Shown here piece by piece: positions 39,881-46,824 of a stretch of DNA of 64,000 bases (the first letter of the stretch is position 1; every line of letters begins with the position of its first letter). The notes under the pieces were generated by a model. That model ran no database searches. It was not told the origin of the DNA and was given only the letters and a program-made list of their open reading frames with translations. Both the position numbers and the translations under genes were made by a program. The DNA lies in the NCBI GenBank assembly GCA_963792585.1, contig CAWBWI010000003.1:864001-928000 (forward strand), given 5' to 3'. The DNA comes from Candidatus Eiseniibacteriota bacterium. GTDB lineage: Bacteria > Eisenbacteria > RBG-16-71-46 > CAIMUX01 > VGJL01.

Positions 39881-39907
39881 TAAAGTGCAGCGGCAAAGAG
39901 TCGATAC
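39881..39907 (+). promoter_or_regulatory. sigma28-type promoter for flgL
   Basis: TAAA-N15-GTCGATAC. Confidence 0.7.
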
Positions 39908-39941
39908 GCTCATAGGAGACCAAGGGATAGGAGGGAGCCGA

Positions 39942-40805
39942 GTGCGGATCACCAACCAGATGATGCTCCAGAACGCGATGCGGGGGTTGAGGTTCAATCT
40001 GGAGGCGATGGCCCGAGCTCAGCAGGAGAGCCTCACGGGCCGCCGCGTCACGCGGGTCTCCGATGACCCCCAGAGCGCGGCGAAGATGCTGCAAGTGGGT
40101 GCGGAACTCAGCGATATCGATCAATATCATCGGAATGGGGTGACGGCGGGGGTGCGGTTGACGACCGAGGACACGGTCCTGACGACGATCAACGACCTGG
40201 TGACCCGTGCCAAGGCCCTGGGGATCGATGCGATGGCGGTCGATCCCGACGGGCCGGTCAACCTCGCGACGCTGGACGAACTGGCCGACATTCGCGAGCA
40301 GATCATCTCGCTCGGCAACACGAAGGTCGGCAACGAGTACATCTTCGGCGGCGGTCAGACGTCGACGCCTCCATTCGACAACGAAGGAAACTACCTCGGC
40401 GATGCCGACACGCGACGCGTGGAGATCGACCAAGGCATCACCACCGAGACGAACCACACGGGCGATCCGCTTTTCACCGACGTTCTGGAAGGCCTCGACG
40501 AGCTGGTCTCGTCCCTGATGACGGGAAGGAGTGAGCCGGTCGAGGCCGCTGTCAGCAAGCTCGACCGCGCGAGAATCCAGATCGGGGTGGCGCAGGCGGA
40601 GGCCGGCAACCGGCAGCAGACGATCAATGACGTCTCGATGCGGATGACGAAACGGACGGCCGACCTGCTCGACCAGATGAGCAGTCTGCGCGACGTCGAT
40701 CCGACCGAGGCGGCCGTCAATGCGGTCGCGGCCCAGGCGGCGCTCGAGCGCGCATATTCCGTTGTCGGAAAGACGCTCTCGACGGATATTTTGAAGTATC
40801 TTTGA
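39942..40805 (+). CDS. flgL: hook-associated protein FlgL
   Basis: (V)RITNQMM...TGRRVTRVSDDP, YIFGG..T...PF, LRDVD..EA, S.DILKYL. GGAGG RBS with GTG start. Confidence 0.9.
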   Translation: MRITNQMMLQNAMRGLRFNLEAMARAQQESLTGRRVTRVSDDPQSAAKMLQVGAELSDIDQYHRNGVTAGVRLTTEDTVLTTINDLVTRAKALGIDAMAVDPDGPVNLATLDELADIREQIISLGNTKVGNEYIFGGGQTSTPPFDNEGNYLGDADTRRVEIDQGITTETNHTGDPLFTDVLEGLDELVSSLMTGRSEPVEAAVSKLDRARIQIGVAQAEAGNRQQTINDVSMRMTKRTADLLDQMSSLRDVDPTEAAVNAVAAQAALERAYSVVGKTLSTDILKYL

Positions 40806-40872
40806 TCGGACCTGTGCTTGGCCGTATTGCGGTCCGCCCGCGGATGGCGGGGAAAAGGGGCTAGGAAGACCC

Positions 40873-42240
40873 ATGCCGACGATTCTCTGTATTGACGAAG
40901 AGCCCGCGACCGGTGTGATGCTCGAGGACGCCCTGGGCCGCATCGGCCATCAGGCCATCGTCGCATCCAGCTTCAAGGAGGGGTTGAGCGCTCTCAACCG
41001 GGAGCCGATCGACCTCATCATCTCCGACCACCGCGTGTCGGACGGCTCGGGACGCGACCTGCTCGACCACCTCCGCGAAGAGGGGCACGACATCCCGGTC
41101 ATCATCACGACCGGGTACGCCAGCGTGGAAAGCGCGGTTCTCTCCATGCGCCGCGGGGCGGCCGACTATCTTACGAAGCCCTTCCGCTTCGAGGCGCTTC
41201 GGATCGCGGTCAACAACGCCCTCGAGGTCTGCAAACTGCGCCGCGACAACGAGGGCTTCCAGAAGGAGATCAGCTTCCGGCGGGCGATCGTCGGCCAGAG
41301 CAACCGCGTGCGGTCGCTCATGGAGACGATCGCCGCAGTGGCCCCGACGCGGGCGACGGTCCTCCTCGAAGGCGAGTCGGGGACCGGCAAGGAACTGCTC
41401 GCGCGGGCGATCCACGAGCAGAGCCCTCGATCCGCTCAGCCCTATGTCACGATCAATTGCGCCGCCCTTCCGGAAGGACTGGTCGAGAGCACTCTTTTCG
41501 GCCACGAGCGGGGATCGTTCACCGGCGCCACCACGCGTTCGATCGGCGCCTTCGAGCGGGCCCATCGCGGCACGCTCGTCCTCGACGAAATATCCGAGAT
41601 GCGACTCGACTTGCAGGCGAAGCTGTTGCGGGTCGTGCAGGAACAGGAGTTCGAGCGGGTAGGCGGCGGGCAGCGGGTGAAAGTCGATGTGAGGCTGATC
41701 GCCACGACGAACCGCAACCTCGAGGAAGAGGTCGAGGCGGGACGCTTCCGGCGGGACCTCTACTATCGTCTGAGCGTCGTTCCGATCCGTACCCCCCCGC
41801 TGCGGGAGAGGCTCGAGGACGTGCCGCTGCTCGTGCAACATTTCGTGGATCAGTACGCGAAGGAGTTGGGGCTGAAGAAGCCCGAAATCCTCCCCGAAGC
41901 GATCGGGCAGCTGATGCAACGCTCCTGGCCCGGAAACATCCGGGAGCTGGAGAACGCGATCGGGCGCGCCATGATATTGAGCCGCGACAACCGCCTCACG
42001 TCCGCTTCGTTCGACGGGGCGGGGATCGGATCGGTTCCGGGTTCGGCGGCATCCGGCGAGGCTCCGTTGTCCAGGAGCCCGAAGACCCTCAATCTGAAGG
42101 TGCTCGAGAAGGCCGTGATCGAGATGGCGCTCGCGCAGACCGGGGGACACCGAGTCCGGGCTGCCCAGCTTCTCGGCATCAGCGAGCGAACGCTGCGCAA
42201 CAAACTCAATGGGCGCAACGGCGATGGCGAAGGCGTTTGA
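40873..42240 (+). CDS. sigma54-dependent response regulator (REC-AAA+-HTH; FlrC/FleR/FlbD-like)
   Basis: REC domain with Asp (LIISDH), GESGTGKEL, GSFTGA, LDEI, FRRDLYYRL, WPGNIRELEN, Fis-type HTH. Confidence 0.93.
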   Translation: MPTILCIDEEPATGVMLEDALGRIGHQAIVASSFKEGLSALNREPIDLIISDHRVSDGSGRDLLDHLREEGHDIPVIITTGYASVESAVLSMRRGAADYLTKPFRFEALRIAVNNALEVCKLRRDNEGFQKEISFRRAIVGQSNRVRSLMETIAAVAPTRATVLLEGESGTGKELLARAIHEQSPRSAQPYVTINCAALPEGLVESTLFGHERGSFTGATTRSIGAFERAHRGTLVLDEISEMRLDLQAKLLRVVQEQEFERVGGGQRVKVDVRLIATTNRNLEEEVEAGRFRRDLYYRLSVVPIRTPPLRERLEDVPLLVQHFVDQYAKELGLKKPEILPEAIGQLMQRSWPGNIRELENAIGRAMILSRDNRLTSASFDGAGIGSVPGSAASGEAPLSRSPKTLNLKVLEKAVIEMALAQTGGHRVRAAQLLGISERTLRNKLNGRNGDGEGV

Positions 42241-43120
42241 ATTTCGTCTGACCAGGACAGCCCGCCAGGAACCGGGGTTGCTAGCGATCCTCCTGAGGAC
42301 GATCGAGGAGGCCGGCCGGCTTCCGATGTCCGCTTGGCGCCTGGTCCACGCGGTCGAGGATGCTCGAGACTCGGCCGATAGCGTGGCCGAGATCCTGGAA
42401 GACGATCTCCTCGTCTCGAGGCGCGTCATGCGTCTGGCCAACGGAGCGCAGCACGCGCAGCTCGGCCCCGTGGGCAGCCTGAACGAAGCCGTCTACCGGC
42501 TCGGCTCGACCACGATCCTGAACATGGCCTTCACCGACCACCTTCGGAAGCTCCAGGAATCAGCGACGATCTACCGGATCTCCAGTGCCGACATCGGACG
42601 GCACGGGGACGCGACCGGCGTCGTGGCGAGCATGATCGCACGTTACGTGCCCGACGTTGGAATCTCTCGCACCGTGGGCGTGGCCGGAATGATGCACGAC
42701 GTCGGCAAGGTGATGATCGCGCGGTGCATGGAGACCGCCGGCCCGGGCCGGCTGAAGGAGTTGGGGACGCCCGCGCCCCTATTCGCGGACATCGAGCGGG
42801 ACGTCGTCGGCCTCGATCATGCGGAGGCCGGCGCGCTGCTCGCACGCCGCTGGGGATTGCCCGGCGTGATCGCGATCGCGATCCAGGATCATCATCGGCT
42901 CGGCAGCGAGAACCGTGACCCGACCGCCGTCGCCGTGGCGCTCGCGAACGTCATCGCCAAGAGCATCGGTTTCGGCCCGCCGCCGGACGGGCGCGAGGTG
43001 CGACGGTGCCTGGTGTTGCAGAAGCAGATCGGGCTCGACCGCGACGATTTCTACCGGATCCGCGCCGACGCATCCAGACGCCTGCACGTGAGCCGCGGAG
43101 GCGCCGACCGCCCCGCGTAG
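42224..43120 (+). CDS. HDOD domain protein
   Basis: D..VS.RVMRLAN, SLNEAVYRLG, GMMHDVGK, DHAEAGALLARRWGLP, HH. Confidence 0.88.
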   Translation: MAKAFEFRLTRTARQEPGLLAILLRTIEEAGRLPMSAWRLVHAVEDARDSADSVAEILEDDLLVSRRVMRLANGAQHAQLGPVGSLNEAVYRLGSTTILNMAFTDHLRKLQESATIYRISSADIGRHGDATGVVASMIARYVPDVGISRTVGVAGMMHDVGKVMIARCMETAGPGRLKELGTPAPLFADIERDVVGLDHAEAGALLARRWGLPGVIAIAIQDHHRLGSENRDPTAVAVALANVIAKSIGFGPPPDGREVRRCLVLQKQIGLDRDDFYRIRADASRRLHVSRGGADRPA

Positions 43121-43188
43121 ATCGCCGGCCCGCCCCGTCCGCGGGTCCCCTCAGTCCGTGAACGACTCGTGAACGACCTATCCGTGGA

Positions 43189-44265
43189 TCAGGACGTCGG
43201 CAGCCGCAGGATCTGTCCGGGCCGCAGGCGATAGTTCTTCGGCAGCGCATTGATCCGGCGCATCTCGCGCTCGGAGACGCCGAACTGCCTGGCGATGCCG
43301 CCGACCGTATCCCCGCGACGCATGCGGACGTGGGTTGGACGCGGGCTCTTGCGCGGGGCCTCGACGCCCCCGGGTTTCGCTCTTGCCGTCGCCGCGCGGG
43401 CGAGCGGCTTGTGGAACGCGAGCCGGCGCAGGGGGGTGGAATCGAGAGGCATCGATGGGGTGGGGGTCTCCTCGAAATCGTAGTGGGACGGATCCTTCGC
43501 GATCAGCGCGGCCGCGATCAACTGGGGGACGTAGTTCGACGTCTCCGGCGCGAGCAGGCTGGCGTCGGATAGCCGGAAGAAGTCGGTATCGAGACCAAGG
43601 GAATCTGCGTCGTCATCGTCCCCATTCGAAAGACCGAGCCCATCCGACCGGCGAAGCTGCTCGAGGCCCCGACTGACGCGGCCCGCACCGGCGTTGTAGG
43701 CCGCGGCCGCGAGGTAGATCGATCCGAACTGGTCCTTCAGGTCGGCCAGGTGGCGCACGGCGGCATCGGTCGCCTTGAAAGGATCCCGCCGCTCGTCCAC
43801 GCGGCCGTCGACCCGCAGGCCGTAGGCGCGCGCGGTCTCGGGCATGAACTGCCACATCCCGACGGCGCCTTTGCGGCTGACGGCAGTGTTCCGGAATCCG
43901 CTCTCGATCAAGGCGAGGTAGCCGAGATCGGACGGAAGTTCCGCCTTCGCCAGGCGATCGCGGATCATGGGGAGATAGGCCGAGCCACGAGTCAACCACC
44001 GCGTCATCGTGGCCCGACCCGGTCCCTGGAAGTAGCGGAGATAGGAAGCGACGCGCGGGTGATCGGCATACCGATCGAGATCCAACGATTCCGCCGGGTG
44101 CTGGGCGTCGATGCGGGCCTCGGCGGCTCGCAACGGCATCGGATCGGACGCTGGGAGCGAGTCCGCGGCGCCGGAGATCGCGATGACGCGGGACGGCGCA
44201 GCGATCGCTGCAGCCGCGATCATGGCCGCAATGAACGCGACGGGAATTGGACGGGACGTGTGCAT
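43189..44265 (-). CDS. MltD-like lytic transglycosylase with C-terminal LysM
   Basis: LALIESGF, AVGMWQFMPETA, LAAAAYNAG, ET..YVP; LysM GDTV..IARQFGVS...N.L. Start is uncertain. Confidence 0.92.
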   Translation of the reverse strand: MHTSRPIPVAFIAAMIAAAAIAAPSRVIAISGAADSLPASDPMPLRAAEARIDAQHPAESLDLDRYADHPRVASYLRYFQGPGRATMTRWLTRGSAYLPMIRDRLAKAELPSDLGYLALIESGFRNTAVSRKGAVGMWQFMPETARAYGLRVDGRVDERRDPFKATDAAVRHLADLKDQFGSIYLAAAAYNAGAGRVSRGLEQLRRSDGLGLSNGDDDDADSLGLDTDFFRLSDASLLAPETSNYVPQLIAAALIAKDPSHYDFEETPTPSMPLDSTPLRRLAFHKPLARAATARAKPGGVEAPRKSPRPTHVRMRRGDTVGGIARQFGVSEREMRRINALPKNYRLRPGQILRLPTS

Positions 44266-44278
44266 CTGCGACTGTGAG

Positions 44279-44294
44279 AGCATGGAACGTGCCA
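44279..44294 (-). promoter_or_regulatory. sigma54 -24/-12 promoter of the lytic transglycosylase gene
   Basis: Minus strand TGGCAC-GTTCC-ATGCT, with paired upstream sites like those at the flagellar operons. Confidence 0.7.
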
Positions 44295-44408
44295 AGCGTG
44301 GAGACCCGTAACTTGAAGGAGTGCGGAGATCGCCCCATGCGCGCGCGACCGGGGGCGGCGGTGCTTGCCGGTCGTCCGGCGGAATCTGCCGACGTTCCCG
44401 AGGCTCCC

Positions 44409-46607
44409 CTAGCTCCCGGTCAGATATCTCCGGAGATCGACCGGGCGCATGATGCGCAGCGGCATTTGCGCCCAGGCCATGCGGCGTGTCGAGAGGTCGG
44501 TCACGATGACACCCAGGGCGTAGAGGCCGGGATCGAGTCCCGCCGTTTCGACGCGGATCGACCCGACACCGCGGCCCGACGGCGCGATCCTCACCTCGGA
44601 GACCGGGAAAAGAACGTCCGCATAGTTCTCGCGCGTCAACGTGACGCCTCCCAAGGAACGGCCGTAGCCGCCGAAGCGCGCCTCCGCTTGAACGCCGCCG
44701 GAGCCGGCCGCAGCTCGCCGCGCAAACTCCACGACGTACTCCCGCGGGAGCAGAACGTAGCGGGTCTGGTAGCGGGCGATATCGGCCGCGCCCGATTCCA
44801 GGTTGTAGATTTCGAAGGAGACGTCGGCGGGATCACCCAGGACGATCGCCCCGGTGGGGTTCGGCGTGAGAACCCCGCCGGGTGCCGGGCCCGCAGACGC
44901 CGGGGCGACTCCACCCATCGAGAGACGGACATCGCTGAGCTGCAGGGAGTCCCGCTGGAATGCTCGGACATCCATCGGCGTCGTGAAGGAGCCCTTTGCC
45001 TTCCTGCTGTCGAAGGCGATCTCGAGGGAATAACGCCCGGGATCGAGTCGGGACGTCGTCGTCAAGACGGCAAGAGAGGTCCCGGCCGCCGACGGTTGCA
45101 CGGCCGCCGGACCGAGCGAATCGGATCGCACGGTGAAACGCCGCGCCCGCGCGTCGACGATGCTGACGGAGTATGTCGCGTCCCGCCACCAGGCCGGGTC
45201 CGAACTCCAGGGCGGGATCGCGAAATCGATCAGCTGCCGCGTTCCCGAGCGATCGCCGTCCCGCACCCCGGCGGTCGCGATGAAGCAACGCTTCACTGCT
45301 CCCGCGTACGCGTCCATCGGGACGAATGGGATCGTCTCGATGGTCGTTCTGTAGGCATCCGGTTCGGCCGGGGTGAAGTGATCGTGCAAATCGGCGTCGA
45401 CGAAATCGAAGCGGAGGTCTGCGCCCCCCAGAGCGTAGTGCCACGTCTGCGTCGGGTAGCTCAAGTCCATCGCCATGGTCACCGGCATCTTCATTTTCCG
45501 CATCTCGAGCTTCACGTCGATCGGCACACTCGCGTTTCCGAGCGTCCACTGCGCAAGATCGGTCGTTGCCACATGGGGAACGCCGTAGCGGACGAGGATC
45601 TCCCCGCGCGGCGTCTGCCATCCGCGCGTTCCCGCCACGAGGTCTCCGTAGAGGACGTCGGCCAGGGTGAGGCGCTTCCAGTATTCCAGAAGGACCTCGT
45701 TGATCGGGGACAGCGGTGTGGGATCCAGGCCGTCCCAGTAGGTCGAGATGGCGCGAACCCTCGCCGTTTCGGGGAGGGACCCGATGCGCGTCATCACGGA
45801 CTCGGGCGCGCTGTAGGTCGGAAGGTAGTAGGCGACCTTCGTCTCATCGGTCGCGTTCAGGATCCCGAGACGAAAGCAGTAGTCCGCCTCCACGACGTCG
45901 CCGAGATCGAGGCACTGAACCCCGTTGAGCAGGCAGGCGGGAACGTCCGACGCATTTCTTGCGAGGATCGTCTCGGTGCATGCGCGGGCGGCCATGCTCT
46001 TCTCCAACCGCCCCGAGGCGACGAGGTTGTGTGAGATGCAGAGAAAGAGCGACTCGAGGTAGAGGATGTCCCGGTTCGAAGCAGCCTCGCCCCGCGCCCC
46101 ACGAAGAATTTCCAACGCCTCTTGCGCAATCGCATCGTCGTTGTATCGCACCGCGCTCGGAAGCAAGAGGCGTGCGCTGAGCACGCGGATGGTCGGGTCG
46201 TCCGGATTTCTGTCGATGGCCCGCTGGAAGCTCCGCCGCGCCATGTCGCGGCTGCCGCCCTCCAGCAGGGTGCGGCCCAGCTCGAGATGGTAGCGGGGCT
46301 CGTTGAAGTACCGGTGGCGGACTTTCTCGAACAGATCCTGGGCTCGCCGGCGCCCATCGACCGTTCCCGTGTTGCGATAGGCGATCGCAAGGAGGAACCG
46401 GACGGAGTCCGGATTGTCCGTGCCCTGAAGATCCTCGCGGAGTTGCCGGACGGTCGGCATCTCATCGAGGCGATCGGCGGCGAGCGATGCGGCTGGAGGG
46501 ATCAATCCGGCCCCGAGGAAGGCGGCGACGAGGAAGGGGGGGCGCAGGGAACGGCGACGGTCCAGGGTCGTCCCCGTGCGAAACGGTGAGTGTCTTCCAG
46601 CATTCAT
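44409..46607 (-). CDS. secreted TPR + GWxTD-domain protein
   Basis: Signal-like N-terminus, TPR-like helices, YW..LDPTP...NE...EYWKR..AD..Y....GWQTPRGEILVRYG.P. Confidence 0.8.
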   Translation of the reverse strand: MNAGRHSPFRTGTTLDRRRSLRPPFLVAAFLGAGLIPPAASLAADRLDEMPTVRQLREDLQGTDNPDSVRFLLAIAYRNTGTVDGRRRAQDLFEKVRHRYFNEPRYHLELGRTLLEGGSRDMARRSFQRAIDRNPDDPTIRVLSARLLLPSAVRYNDDAIAQEALEILRGARGEAASNRDILYLESLFLCISHNLVASGRLEKSMAARACTETILARNASDVPACLLNGVQCLDLGDVVEADYCFRLGILNATDETKVAYYLPTYSAPESVMTRIGSLPETARVRAISTYWDGLDPTPLSPINEVLLEYWKRLTLADVLYGDLVAGTRGWQTPRGEILVRYGVPHVATTDLAQWTLGNASVPIDVKLEMRKMKMPVTMAMDLSYPTQTWHYALGGADLRFDFVDADLHDHFTPAEPDAYRTTIETIPFVPMDAYAGAVKRCFIATAGVRDGDRSGTRQLIDFAIPPWSSDPAWWRDATYSVSIVDARARRFTVRSDSLGPAAVQPSAAGTSLAVLTTTSRLDPGRYSLEIAFDSRKAKGSFTTPMDVRAFQRDSLQLSDVRLSMGGVAPASAGPAPGGVLTPNPTGAIVLGDPADVSFEIYNLESGAADIARYQTRYVLLPREYVVEFARRAAAGSGGVQAEARFGGYGRSLGGVTLTRENYADVLFPVSEVRIAPSGRGVGSIRVETAGLDPGLYALGVIVTDLSTRRMAWAQMPLRIMRPVDLRRYLTGS

Positions 46608-46824
46608 CCGAGCCTCCAGGCCCGCGAGCCTGACATCCCCGGCTGGACGCAATGAGTATCGCCCGGTTGCGCTTCGAATCCAGACTTATCATCAGAAGCG
46701 GTTGGCCTAGTCTTGAATCCGAGCGAGTCATCTCAAGTGAATCTTCGTCCACGGGAGGCGTTGATCGTCTCCCGGCCATCGCGTTTCTGTCGACCTTCGC
46801 CGCCACTTTGCTGCGGCTCGCCCG

